A stretch of DNA of 64,000 nt from Eledone cirrhosa (taxonomy: Eukaryota): positions 347,386,001 to 347,450,000 of the forward strand of contig OZ024740.1 of assembly GCA_964016885.1 (NCBI GenBank). The letters are read 5' to 3'. This document shows, one piece after another, positions 46,948 through 61,200 of this stretch. The notes under the pieces are model-generated. The model worked only from the letters and a program-made list of their open reading frames with translations, was not told where the DNA came from and did not search any database. Position numbers and translations under genes: made by a program. The number at the start of each line of letters is the position of its first letter. Position 1 is the first letter of the stretch.

Positions 46948-48672
46948 GGCTAATTACCGCGACGTTACCCTCAATTTATCGAATGGCTTGTATTACCCGT
47001 ATAGAAATCCGAATGATACGCTTAATTACATAAGTAAGCATTCTAACCATCCTGCCAGCATAACCAAGAACCTGGTAAGAAACGTTTCTTTGAGGCTTTC
47101 CCGTCTATCTACTAACGAGCATATTTTCAACGACCATTCCACATATTACAACGAAGCTCTTGCTCGGAGTGGATTTGTCGATAAGGTAGCATATACAGAG
47201 TACGAGAATACACCTAGAAGAAATAGATCCCGACGCATTGTATGGTATAACCCACCATATGATATGGAGGTGGCCACACCATTAGCTAAGATCTTTCTAT
47301 CCCTTATTACGAAGCATTTCCCCCCTACACATAAAGATAGTACATTTTTTTAATAGAAATACTATTAAAATTTCTTACTCTACGACTCCTAACCTTGCAC
47401 ATTACATCACAGCTTCAAATTTAGCTAAACTACCTAACCGTAGGAACACGTGCAACCCTGTAGTTAGTTAGTACTAACTGTAATTGTAGGAATCGGGTTG
47501 ATTGCCCCCTATCCGGTAAATGCCTCTCTAGTAACATTGTCTACAAATGTAAGGTTGAAACACCCACGTCCCGTAGGGCCTATATAGGGTTAACCGCCAA
47601 TAGATTCAAGCAGCGTCTTTACATGCATACCCATTCTTTTCGTTACCCTCTAAGAAGAAATATGACGTCACTTTCAGCTTATATCTGGAGTCTAAAAGAC
47701 ACCACACCCAATATAAGTTACAGTGGGAGATCCTAGCTTGGACTAGATCGTTAAACGGAAATAAAAGATCTTGTGACCTCTGCGCCGCCGAGGCCCTGGA
47801 AATACTCTACGCCAAAGACAACATCTTAAACAAAAGAAATCTGAGGCAATTTCGGCTTGTAAACATAAATTTCACAGAACTTTCCTATATTACAGCCCCA
47901 CATTATACCCTAACGGATAGTACGATCTATACGCGGATATTTTATGTCTTGATGTGGTAGCTAAGTATATGTTATGTTTATACCATTACTTATTTGCATA
48001 GGTAAGTATATATTAGCTGTATGTTTTGTGAAGGTACGTATACTTTCTCGTACGTATATTTGATAGTATATGTTATGGCGTATATTTTATATATTCTGGT
48101 ACATATGCTTTTGGTTATGTGTATACGTGAGTTTTGCGTCTGTGTGAGTTTGCGGGTTCGTACGTATGTAGGATGTGTGTATATGTGTACTTCGTGTATA
48201 TGTGTACTTTGTGTTTGTGTATTTACATGTAGGTATGTGTGTGCCCTTGTTATATACGTATTTATTTATTTATATACGTTTATTTAATTATTTGTATACA
48301 CGCACGCACACACACACACACATTTATATGTGCGTATATTTGTATACCTATTGCGAGTGTTTTCGCGTATGCTTGTGTATGTACGTATATGGTTGCGTGT
48401 ATGTATTTATTTAATTTGTTACCTCTGTATTTTATTTACTTTATTCTTAACTCTGAAGCCGAGAATCATTCGGTTTCCTAGTTAGAATTTTAGTCTACGA
48501 CTTCAGTTATACCATTTACGTGGTTTTGTGTTTGCGTGCAATTGTTCTCCACGCTCGACATATGACGTATTATATTCGTTTGTTCCGTTCATTGCCAGAT
48601 AACGTGTCTATAAACCACCTAAGAGAATATTAGTCTACGACTTCTTTTATACCATAAACGTGGTTTTGTCTT
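46948..48672 (+). mobile_element. 5'-truncated PLE (RT thumb, linker, GIY-YIG, 3' UTR), frameshifted
   Basis: YISKHSNHPASITKNL..RLS.LS; IVWYNPPY; CNCRNRVDCPLSGKCLSSNIVYKC; YIGLTANRFKQRLYMH; CDLC..E. Direct repeat at about 48490 and 48630. Confidence 0.9.
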
Positions 48673-48674
48673 TT

Positions 48675-51253
48675 TCACCAACACGAGCGAAGTTGCACAA
48701 CAAACACACGATGGGAGAGAAAAAATCCTCAACGCTCACATGATGATGTGGACTGACATCCTAAAGCCAAGCAGACGCACTGCCAACAACTTCCAGGCGT
48801 CTAACAATGGCATACCACCCTTGTATGGGCTCCGCAAAGACCACAAGACAGTCGACGACCCGACAACAGGACCACCAACAAGACCCGTATGCGGAGCTAA
48901 TATAGCTAGCAACTACAGGATCTCCTACTTCCTCTCAATGGTTATACGCCCCATAATCAAGATGTCCCCAGATGTATGTGACAGTACAGAGGACCTCCTC
49001 AGCAGAATCAGTGAGTGCAACAAAAACAGGAGCCTATCCAACTGCATAATAGGCAGCATGGATGTGGTGTCACTGTACCCATCCATTAACATTGATTTTG
49101 CTGTGAAAAGATGTGTGGAGATGATCATTGAGGGTGAGGTGGAGTTCTGCGACGTACACACAGACGAACTGGGCCTCCTACTTAGATTTACCTACGACAC
49201 TGACTACCTAGACAGCCATGACCTTAGATGTTTCTGCCCTAGTAGACCTATAAGAGGTAGACCCCCACCATAATCTCAATGGCAAAAAAGACTCCCATGG
49301 GAAGGTGGATTGGGTGGACCAAAGCTATACGGACCCCCCAAAACAATGATCAGGTAAGAAAAATGGTCGCACATGCAATAGGGGCTAGTATCAAAACTAC
49401 CCTAAAGGGCCACATATTTAAGTTCAATGAGAAAATCTACACCCAAAATGAGGGAGCAGCCATCGGCGTCAGCATAGCTGGTGATGTTGCCAACCTTTTC
49501 ATGGTATGGTGGGAAAGGAGACTTAAAGATCTCCTTAATGAAAGCTCTATAGACCTCATCATGTACTCTCGTTATGTAGACGATATCAATATAGTTATAA
49601 GAACACCCCCACTAGAGAGCACTAACAAGTTTGATTTAGAACGTAGCACGATGGAAAGCATCCAGCAGATAGCTAATTCCATACATCAGAGTATAACTGT
49701 AACTATCGACTTCCCTTCCAAACACCCTAACAATAGACTACCTGTATTAGAAACAGAACTCTGAATTAACACTATAGACGAGAGAGCCCAAATTCTCCAC
49801 TCACACTATGCTAAACCCATGGCCTCCAAATACCTGATACTCAAAAACTCAGCAATGTCCAGTAGTGCTAAGTTTAATATTCTGATCGCAGATTTGGTAC
49901 GAGTGATGAAGAATGTATCCCGCATGTGCGACCCAACAGAAATGGAAAGACACATCCAACACTTCATCAACCGCATGCAGTTTTCTGGCTACAACCAAAG
50001 AGACAGAGTCAGAGTATACGAAGGAGCCATGGAAAAGTATAAGACCCTCATAGAACTGGACATGAAAGGAATTTGCCCATTATACAGGAGCAAATCATGG
50101 AATAGCTTAGATAGGGCTAGACATAAGATAGGGAAATCCACATCATAGTACGACAACCAGAGATACCAGAGTGTCATGTTTGTGGACGCCACCCCTGGAG
50201 GGAAATTAGCTAACCAGTGTAGAAAGGCCCTGAGAAAGACCCACTTAAAAATAAAGGTGGTAGAAAAGCCAGGAACCACCATAAAATCCCTGATCAGCAA
50301 AACCTACCCTTTTAAGAAAACCCACTGTACCAATAGGAAATATATCATATGTAAGGTGAACCCCCGGATAAACTGTAAAACTAGAAACGTAGTCTATAGC
50401 ATAAGATGTACAGAGGGTACTTGCAGAAACATGACAACAACATACATAGGTGACACAGCTCGTAGCATAGGTGAAAGGATAGACCAACACTGGGGGGAAC
50501 TAAGAGGACGAAAAAACGGGTCATTACTATACGAACATGAGAGACAACAACATGACGGTAACATAGACAACATAGAAATGAGAATAATATCTAAAAATAG
50601 AAATGACCCAGCAGATAGGCAAATCAGAGAGGCCAGTGAAATAGAAATTAGAAGACCAAAGCTAAACAGAAAGAATGAATGGAATAACAACAACACCCAA
50701 ACAAACAACACTGACCTAAGAGAAGTATAAATAAGTAAATAAAATAAGGTAAATAAATACATACACAAGCACAATAAAAACAAGCACTAGTCACCCATCA
50801 CACAGCAAACATAACACTATACACACACGCAAACGCATGCGCAAAGAAGACAAAATAAAATAAACAAACAAGCAAATAAATAAATATATAGACAGGTTGA
50901 ATAAAAAATGGCGTAGACATACAACACAACAGGAGGAAAATATAACACCACTGACGATGTTGCAGATGTGCAACGAAAGATTTATGATAAACTATATATA
51001 TGTGTTTGTGTCTATATTGTATCTGTATTATTTTTGACCGTCGGTCAGTCAATGGCAACATTGAGGACCGAGTAAGTTAGATTACCGATATAAAAGCGAG
51101 AAGCGAGAAGCGAAAACCAACCAAACAGTGAGTGTGTTCTGTTATCAATTCTGGCAATATTACACAAATATGACCCTCCCCAAGTATAACAATATTTGTT
51201 TCGACACACGATTTCATATAAAAAACCTCGCAAAACTAATTCATCGCCGCTAT
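48675..51253 (+). mobile_element. 5'-truncated Naiad-like PLE (RT plus GIY-YIG), pseudogenised
   Basis: LYGLRKDHK, PTRPVCGA, GSMDVVSLYPSI, QNEGAAIG, RYVDD, HYAKPMAS, MFVDATPGG, NVVYSIRC, YIGDTARSIGERIDQH. One frameshift near 49275 and stops at 49762 and 50146. pLTR with HHR, then (TA)n. The clade call is from recalled motifs only. Confidence 0.9.
50947..50988 (+). ncRNA. Minimal type I hammerhead in the Naiad-like pLTR
   Basis: acca CTGACGA t-gttgca-gatg-tgcaac GAAA gatt TA tgat. Stem I has one mismatch. Confidence 0.65.
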
Positions 51254-51590
51254 ATATATATATATATATAAGAAGGTTAGTCCATGTGGATGTGGATCGC
51301 GGATAAAATACCTATCATTTATTTATCTATTGTTTCTTCATACGTACATTTTAAACTTATAGCCTCGTTTAATTGATTTTTTGTGTGGTTGATTATGCTG
51401 ATTGGGAGAAGAAATAGTGTATATATTTTATCAAATTATTCTATGGACTAACTTTCTTATATATTGCTATGATTGTAAATTATTTATTTTATTAATTTGG
51501 CATTGAGCCATACCGTGAATGGTTGCCAAACATATATATATCTATATATCTATGGCTCTGTCTAGTTTATGTATATGTAAACCTCTATAT

Positions 51591-51660
<70 letters not shown>

Positions 51661-52054
51661 AAAGATAGAGGTGTGACACATGAGTGGTGATATATTAGTA
51701 AAAAGGAAAAGAAAGTGCTGACAAATTTTTCCAAGCGAAAAATAGTTTAATTAGGAATAAATATAAATTAGTAATGAATATTCAGTTTTAGTTAGTATTC
51801 AGGTTTAGTTTTAAGTTTTTACCGGTTGCGCATTTTAAATGCTTTTCAAAAATAATTTTGAGATAGAGCGCTCGTGATTTTTGCGCATATATACATATAT
51901 ATGTGTGTGTGTGGCCGTGTGTGTTTCCTTGGACAGACCTATCTGTAGGGCTTGTTATTTAAATGTAATATATAGTGGATGTTATCGTTCGTATGTTCGT
52001 ATCCAAAGCATCCAGGTGTGATACCAACATGTTGCGTACATATTTATAATGTAT

Positions 52055-52127
<73 letters not shown>

Positions 52128-52508
52128 GTACACTCACCCCTACTTCCTCAACTTCAAAGGTAGGTAAGGTCAATGACTGGACTGCCACGGCAATATTAAG
52201 GGAACATTCACACACTCGTTATATTTACCTTGTTGATGTATAAATTAAAAAAAAATGTCTTGTTTCAATGTAAGAAACCGGCACTCTATTGGTAAATATT
52301 TATGAACCAGAACATACATACATATATATATGTGTATGTGTGTGTGTGTATGTGTATGTGTGTGGGGGGGGGGCGTGTGTTGGTGTACTAGTATAGTTCC
52401 CGTCCAAAATGAGAGTATAATGATAAAGACTATTTCATTTGATGATTACAAAGAATTATAGAGGAGAAACATCAGCTTCAGCAGCAGGAGCAACAATGAT
52501 AATAATAA

Positions 52509-52592
<84 letters not shown>

Positions 52593-53384
52593 CAGCAGCA
52601 GTAGTAGTAGAAAGTAACCACTTTCTAGACACGCAAATTTATTGTGTATTATTACATGCATGTATATATATATGTGTGTGTGTGTGCGCGCGTTTGTGTG
52701 TTTGTGTGTGTGTGTATGTGTATGTGTGTCTGTGTATGTATGATATGTATGATATGTATGATATATATTGCAGCCGTGATCGCCCCATCATTTTGTCCCA
52801 CACGTAGACTAATGCCACTATTAATTGTGATGCCACTGTTCATTCTGATACCACTGTTGATTGTAACTGAGTCTCGTTTGGGTACTTTTTTAAGCTGTCT
52901 CCGGCTGATACTGATCCACATAGCTTTTATGTTGTGGGTCACAGGTGTTGCACGGGTGTGGCTCAAACATGTTGTAGATTCATGTGGGAATTCTCTAACT
53001 TTATCACATGCTAGTCTTTGCAAAATCTTATTTTGACTGCTTTCAAATATTCTGTCTGACTTGAGACAATCTTTGTTTATTTTGTTGGAATTTACACTAT
53101 GTAATTATTTATATGTATTTTAGAGATTTTCACTTTTCGCACTAATCATCATCACTATCATCATCATCATCATCATCATCATCATTATCACGTGCAACAC
53201 AACCATCATCATCACCACCACCATCATCATCATCACCATCACTACCATCATCATCATCATCACCACCACTACCACTATAATCATCATCACCGCCATCATC
53301 ACCATCATCATCACCATCATTATCACCATCATCATCACCATCATCATGATATTCATTATTCCATAATCATCATTATTATTATTT

Positions 53385-53570
53385 TGGCAGTATCGATAGA
53401 GGGTCGGACGCCATGCTTTGACGCATAGAGTTACGGCCCTTGCCATTCTGAGTTCAAATCCCGCCAAGGTTAACTTTGCCTTTCATCCTTACGGGGTCGA
53501 TAAAATAAAGTACCAGTAATGCACTGGGTTATTGCTGGCCTTGTGCCAAATGTAGAAACAATTATTATTA
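53385..53570 (+). mobile_element. tRNA-derived SINE just upstream of the Kazal exon
   Basis: Match to the family consensus. Confidence 0.9.
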
Positions 53571-53662
53571 TTGCAATACAAATTATAAGAATGAGAAAGC
53601 GGACGATTTTATTTTCAAATTAAAAAAGGTTACTTATAATGTATGGTTTCGTCCATGAACAG

Positions 53663-53795
53663 GAGCTGTCTTGAACACTGCTACAACACAAGACACTCGT
53701 GATTGTGGAGCGTGTACAGCTGTATATGAACCGGTATGTGGCACTGACGGCAACACTTATTCAAACTACTGCATGTTGAAAATGAGTATTTGCAG
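53663..53795 (+). CDS. Kazal-type serine protease inhibitor domain exon
   Basis: aacag|GAVLNTATTQDTRDCGACTAVYEPVCGTDGNTYSNYCMLKMSIC(R/S)|gtaagt. Kazal signature PVCGxDGxTYxNxC with 5 of 6 Cys. Not in the ORF track. Confidence 0.9.
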
Positions 53796-53892
53796 GTAAG
53801 TACAGGATCTTCATATGTAGACGCATACACATTTATGTGGGAGGTGTAGAGGGAAAGTGCCTTTCGATTCACATAAGTAGACAGAAGTTGCA

Positions 53893-53928
<36 letters not shown>

Positions 53929-53983
53929 TTTAGACAGGAACAAAAACAGAGAGGCAGTACAAATATGAGCTTGTGAGAGTGGA

Positions 53984-54014
<31 letters not shown>

Positions 54015-54061
54015 AATGGAAAAGAATGAAACGAAATTTCATTTCTAACTCTTAGTACGGG

Positions 54062-54142
54062 TGATACTTAAATATAGGTATGTATACGTACATACATACA
54101 TGTATACAGATGTACAGTAGTATGTGTATATATACATACATG

Positions 54143-54223
<81 letters not shown>

Positions 54224-54716
54224 GTATGGGTTTACCGAACATTTATTATAATGTTCGGTTTGTTTGTAAACAAACAGCCCGAATTAAGCCGTACAGTGTT
54301 CGGCAACCATCGTTCAACACTGACAACGGAACGATGAACTAGTTTCAAGCTTATTAGCTATCGACAGCATCGTATACCTTCCTGTCAGCTGATTGAACGT
54401 TTGAAAGTATATACTTTCCTTATGCATATTAACGGCTGAGCAGCCTAATTTGCATATCGAGTGAGTTAGTCAGCCGGGCGTACAATAGCTAATAAGCTTG
54501 AAACTAGTTCATCGTTCCTTTGTCAGTGTTGAACAAAAGGGCAACGATGGTTGCCGAACACTCTCCGGCTTAATTCGGGTTGTTTGTTTACAAACAAACC
54601 GAACATTATAATAAATGTTCAGTAAACCCATACGTACATATATATATGTGTGCATGTATGTATATATACACATACTACTGTACGTCTGCATACATATATG
54701 TATGTACGTGTAAATA

Positions 54717-54720
<4 letters not shown>
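54062..54720. mobile_element. Foldback PLE-like element with HHR at 54331-54373(-)
   Basis: Arms about 54062-54360 and 54488-54720. Minus strand: acgatg CTGTCGA t-agct-aata-agct-t GAAA ctag TT catcgt (A6U core). Confidence 0.7.
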
Positions 54721-54774
<54 letters not shown>

Positions 54775-54820
54775 TAGTAGATTTTAATTTTAATTTCATA
54801 TCTTATATCCATAATAAAGA

Positions 54821-54892
54821 TATTTCATCTGACGAACGAAACACGCATCTGTTACAATCGTCTAACTTCGTGAAACCTTGGGTAATGGAATA
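54821..54892 (+). ncRNA. Canonical type I hammerhead in an island of about 150 bp between (TA)n tracts
   Basis: tatttcat CTGACGA acgaa...ttcgt GAAA ccttggg TA atggaata. 8 bp stem I, GUA triplet. Confidence 0.85.
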
Positions 54893-54951
54893 ATTATATG
54901 GTGTTGTTTATTACATAATTAAATATGTATATATATATATATATATATATT

Positions 54952-55011
<60 letters not shown>

Positions 55012-55094
55012 GTTAGGTAGACAGAGAGATCGATAAGTAGATAAATAGATAGATAGATAGAAAAATAGGTATCTATATATATATATATATATAT

Positions 55095-55776
<682 letters not shown>

Positions 55777-56404
55777 CTCCGAACATGCAAACCACCATAG
55801 CACTGGCAAAAAGGGTCTGGCTGCTAAGAAAAAGACATCACATTGAAGGTGTTTCAAAATTCAATGTCATATAAAACTGGAAGTAAGAAAATCATCACTC
55901 TTCCTAAGTGAGCAATTTAGGATTTTACTGTGTCTCTACTCACCGGATATATATCTAACACCATGTCAGACACGATCTCATAAAGCTCCTGAACTCTCTA
56001 TGACGGATTAACAACTTGTTGAAAGAGACATTAAGTTTACAAAATCATACTGCAACAAACAATCACACAAATATACAACATTTTACGTCACAGAATTTAA
56101 ATTTGGTGAATCACAAATTAAGATTCAGATTTTTAGTGAAAATGCATATTTCCGCATATATTTAAGTGTTTTACAGTTTGGTCTGACACTCGTCGCTCCA
56201 ATCCTTTTCATTTAATGTTTACATATGTGTGTGTATATATATATATTAAATACTTAAGCATGAGCATCACGAAAGTGGCTTATTAGTCCTGCTAATATAT
56301 ATATATATAAGTTTATCCCGGGTTCAATCGGGGGGAAACACAGTAAGGTGCTCAATACAAAGCGGAGAATAAATATTTAATATAGAAATAGCTTCTACAG
56401 GAAA

Positions 56405-56494
56405 AGAACTATTTCATTCGGGAGAAATCATCATGATTTCTGATGATCTTCTGAAGATTTCTCCCGAATGAAACAGTTCTAGTCCTTTAGAATC
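56405..56494. repeat. Short foldback with HHR-like arms
   Basis: gaactatttcattcgggagaaatc / gatttctcccgaatgaaacagttc. Right arm reads CTGAAGA t-ttc-tccc-gaa-t GAAA cag..TA gaatc. Confidence 0.5.
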
Positions 56495-56521
56495 CACTCC
56501 CCCCCCATCTCTCTCTCTCTC

Positions 56522-56570
<49 letters not shown>

Positions 56571-56596
56571 GTTATTCCGGGTTGAATCGGAGGTAA

Positions 56597-56681
<85 letters not shown>

Positions 56682-57530
56682 CCATTTATGTTAGGCTGTT
56701 TACCAATGGTAGAACTGATGGTTCCGGTTAGTAAACGATGATACAATGAATTAGCTAAAGCACTCAACGTTATGCGAATCATCTATCGTAGATGTCGTAT
56801 CCCGCGGCTGGGCCAGGAACGGAGTTAAGTTTTCATGAAGAACAACAACTGAAGGCCTCCTTGATAATTTACTTCAGAAATATAATCCTGCGAAAACGCC
56901 ATACATTCAAACAGTCCAGCCTTATCATCCAATCATGGTGCTTGACATCAACGATTTCATCAGGTGTTAATTGCAGAATTAGTACCATGGAAGGCGGGAG
57001 GCTGAATTAGGTGCAAGAATAGCAGGTGTAGGTGCAGTAATTTCTGGAAAGAATAATAATAATAATAAGAAGAAGAAGAAGAAGAAGAAGCAGATGTTGC
57101 TGTAATTAAGACATTGGACTCAACGTTCAATAGAAATCGTTTAAAGAGAGAAGGTAAAATAGAATCATATAAACAGCAATATAGAAAGTCAGTGTGGGAG
57201 TAGGTCGCTGTGGACGATAGGGTCCATGTTTTGAGGAAAACTCAGTTTTAGCAGGTCCGTAATGGTAGTTCCTCTTATAGTGGGATCCTGGGCTATATTA
57301 TTCTTTACATCACAAAGCGCTCGACTGTAACAGGAGCAGTATTACATTTGTGTTAAGCGTTTCCTTATGGGTAAAACTGCTTGTTCCGGTTAGTAAACAA
57401 TGATTCAATAAACTAATTAAAGCACTCAATATTATGTAGAGAAATTACAGAAATTACAACAGGACTAGTAAAGTTTCATTTGTATTAAATCGGAAATGAT
57501 TTCATACGAACAAAACAGTTATCACACACA

Positions 57531-57652
<122 letters not shown>

Positions 57653-57889
57653 TATATAACGAAGGTGGTGTAGTAAGGAACCAGATGGACCATAACGCAC
57701 CAGAGCACTCAATACTTAGGGTAGTAGACTCGGTAATAGTCCAGAAATAGGTGTCGAAGCGACTTTAGCCCAGCCATCGGGGTCATACATTTTCCTATAT
57801 ATATATAATACCAGTTACAGCATTTTATTCATTATCAATTGTGGATATGCAGAATATTGTTAAGTTGCATATTTGTACAAATAGTGATG

Positions 57890-57959
<70 letters not shown>

Positions 57960-58219
57960 TTTCTTTATTAACCACAAGGGTTTACATAAAGTAGACATTA
58001 AGGACAGTGCAGGACAATGCAGGACGGTACAAATGGGCATTTCTGCGTGTAAAAAAACAAAAACAGAGGATGTAACAAAAATAACAATGAAAATAACAAT
58101 GAAAAATTCCCCAATAGGGGGGAGACTTCGGAGGGACATTTGTGGAGAAAGCCCAGTAAAAAGCCACAATGACCCTGACCACCAAGGCAAGTGCCCTCTC
58201 CTAGTTTTCCACCTTTAGT

Positions 58220-61200
58220 TTACAGATATATACTCAGAGTCGGCCCATTCACTCGGGCCATTCTTGCTTCTCTCACCCATCTTTCAACAAAATGCTGGGA
58301 AGAGAGCACTTCCTTCTCTACTCTGATTTTCCTTTTCAAATGAAATTTGAAAAAGTCAATCAGAGCATCACCGAAGAGGTAAGTGCTCGTCTTCAGCCCT
58401 TTCAAACGTGTCCACCATACTATCTCTTTCGCCATGGCCACCAGACAGATAAAAACTGCCTGCCCTTCCCGGCTAAAGGAGGAGGGCGGGGCAATCCTCA
58501 CGATAGACTCAGATGATAGCTGGATCCGTCCTAAACGCGACAGCAGGTGTTCGACATGAACCCACAAGTCAGCAATTTTCGGACACTGGACGAGTGCGTG
58601 CAGGACGGTTTCGTCGCCCTGCGCGCATCTCGGACATGCCCGGCAGACGGCACCTCCATGCCTGTAGAGTTTATCCCGAACTGGCAAGGCTCCTCGGTAG
58701 CATTGCCAGGCCAGAGATTTCTGGAAGTTGTCCATAGGCCCCGGCCCGAAAGTTCTTCCGAAGAGATTGGCTAGTTGATTTTCGTCGACGCCTAGAGTTT
58801 CCCCAAGTACGTCGTCGCTCTTCCCCTCCACTAATCCTCTATAGAACGCCGAGGTGGAGTTTCCACCGATCACATTGCCCGATTGGTCGAGGGCTGTGAG
58901 CGCCTGAAGACATTCCAGTCTCCAGGCGCTCCCTCTCGGTCTTCGCTTGACCCATGACTGCAGCTCCGTCAAGGAAACGAGCTGGGGAAAAACGCGTCTA
59001 GCAAACGGCGACCACACCTGATCACCGTCGAGGAAGAGGTGGAGATGTCGTAGCCTGAGCGCGTGCCTGCGCATCATCAGCCACGGCATGCCCAGCCCTC
59101 CACGTAGCGGGTGTTGACAACAGATGGACCGCCTGACCATCGGAGCACGTCCCTTCCACAAAAAGCGAAAGAGCAAACGCTCCAGCGCAGTCAGGCGAGG
59201 CTTAGGACAAGGTACGACGGTTAGGCGGTAGCAGATGACAGACGCGATGTACGCGTTAGCCACCTCCGCTCGACCTTTCAGGGATAGCTTCCTCTCCGCC
59301 CATTTCTGGGTGAGAGAAGCCACCCTGCTCGTCACCTCGTCCCAGTTTTTGTCCGTCTGGAGGTCCGGACCGAACCAGACCCCTAGCAATTTAACCGGTC
59401 CGTCCGTCCAGCGCCCGACGACGCTGTTGGACGGCATGGACCTGCCTCTCCAGGTGCCGAGCTGCAGGCCCACTGACTTTTCCTGGTTGATCATTGCTCC
59501 TGTCACCGCTTCGTATTCTCTTAGTGTAGTGCCGATCGCCTCGATGTGTTTGGCGTTCGACACCACTACGGTGACATCGTCCGCATATGCTGACACGGAT
59601 CTTCCGCATCCTAGTTCGCGCGGGACTCCCCTCAACGTCTCCAGTTTGTGCAGTAATGGCTCGAGAGTCAATACGTACAAGAGGGACGAGAGGGGACATC
59701 CTTGGCGGACCGAGCGCATGATGTTGAACGGTTCCGACAGGTGACCGTTCACTCTCACCACAGAGCAGATGTCGCTGTGCATGGCAGCGATCCAGCCTCT
59801 GAAGACGGGCCCAAAGCCAGCCGCCCTCAGGACTGCCGCTAGGTAACGATGGTCGACCCTATCGAAAGCTTTCGACTGATCTAAATTGATCAAGGACCCA
59901 CCCGTGCCAGGTTCCCTAGCTACCCTCTCTACGATGTATCGCATGAGGTGGAGGTTGTCGTGGATGGATCTGTCGGGAATGGCGCATGTCTGCGCCTCTC
60001 CCACCAGACCACCAACGACAAGCGCCAACCTCTTTGCTAGCACCTTGGCCAAAATCTTAAACTCTGTGTTTAGCAGAGTTATGGGCCGGAAATTGTCTAT
60101 GTTATCCCCCTTGTTCGGATCCTTTCTCAGCAGTGCCACCGCTCCTCGGCTCACAGAACTGGGAATTCTCCCGTTCTGTTGCCAGTTGCAGTAGACGTCC
60201 GCCAAGAGGCCTCCGAACAAGTCTGGCATCTGTACGTAAAGTTCATAGGGCAGACCATCCAAACCAGGCGATTTACCCCTTGTGCAGCCAGTCATTGCCT
60301 CCCGTACTTCAGCGGCTGTTATCGGCTTTTCGCAACACTTCGCCTCAGTGGCCGAGAGCCGCGGCAGTCCGTCGAGGTAGACACTAAAGTCCATCCCTCT
60401 ACCCGGCCCCCCGCTGCCCCCGAACAGCTGAGCGAAGTGTCGCTGAAAAGCTTCACACATTTGCCCGGGATCGAGTAGCATGCGCCCGTCGTGGTCCACC
60501 AAAGACCGGATCGTGGCTTTGTTGCCACGACGCGCCTCCGCCACTCGGGCCCATTGAACGGCTTTCGTCCCCTCGTGTCTGAGAGCACGCACCCTAGCTC
60601 TGACAACGCAGCCTTCGTGATTTGCATTGAAGAATTGGTCAAGGGCCAATTTCGCCGCAAGCACGTCGGTCGCAATGCCTTTGCTAAGCGCCTCGTCTAA
60701 TTTTCTAACTAGTTCTCCCTCTGCTCTATTTTTCTCTATTGCTAAAGCCTTACTAAACCTAATCGATTCTATTCTAATCGCTCTTTTCAGAGCAAACCAC
60801 CACTTGTTGTTGACGATGGCCCCCGTCAACGCCCGCTTAACTAGTTCGCTAATCCGGTCTCTGTAGGCCTTGCGCGCTGGTAAGGACGCGTTTAGCTTCC
60901 AGTAGCCGGGTCCTCGTCTATGAAGCCTATCTAAGTCAAGCACACAGATCACGAATTTGTGGTCCGTGTAGCTGACTATCTTGAATTGTGGACAGCCTAT
61001 GCTAGACCTATCTATTTCCCTACAAAATACTCTATCTAGATACGATCTGGATGACCCTATGCGGTTTGTCCAAGTCCACATTGGCACATTCGGGAAATCC
61101 AATCGGTACCTGTCAGACAGTTCAAAACGCCTGAGCAGGTTGGTGAGGCTCTTGCACCCTCCACCCCTATCCGCTAATCCCACACAGTCCCAGCGTGCAT

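Noticed and set aside
49762-50148. Selenocysteine or readthrough in the Naiad-like ORF (in-frame TGA at 49762)
   Set aside because: Both stops (TGA, TAG) sit where Trp is expected (EL*I, S*Y) and are single G>A changes from TGG. There is also a frameshift, so ordinary decay explains them.
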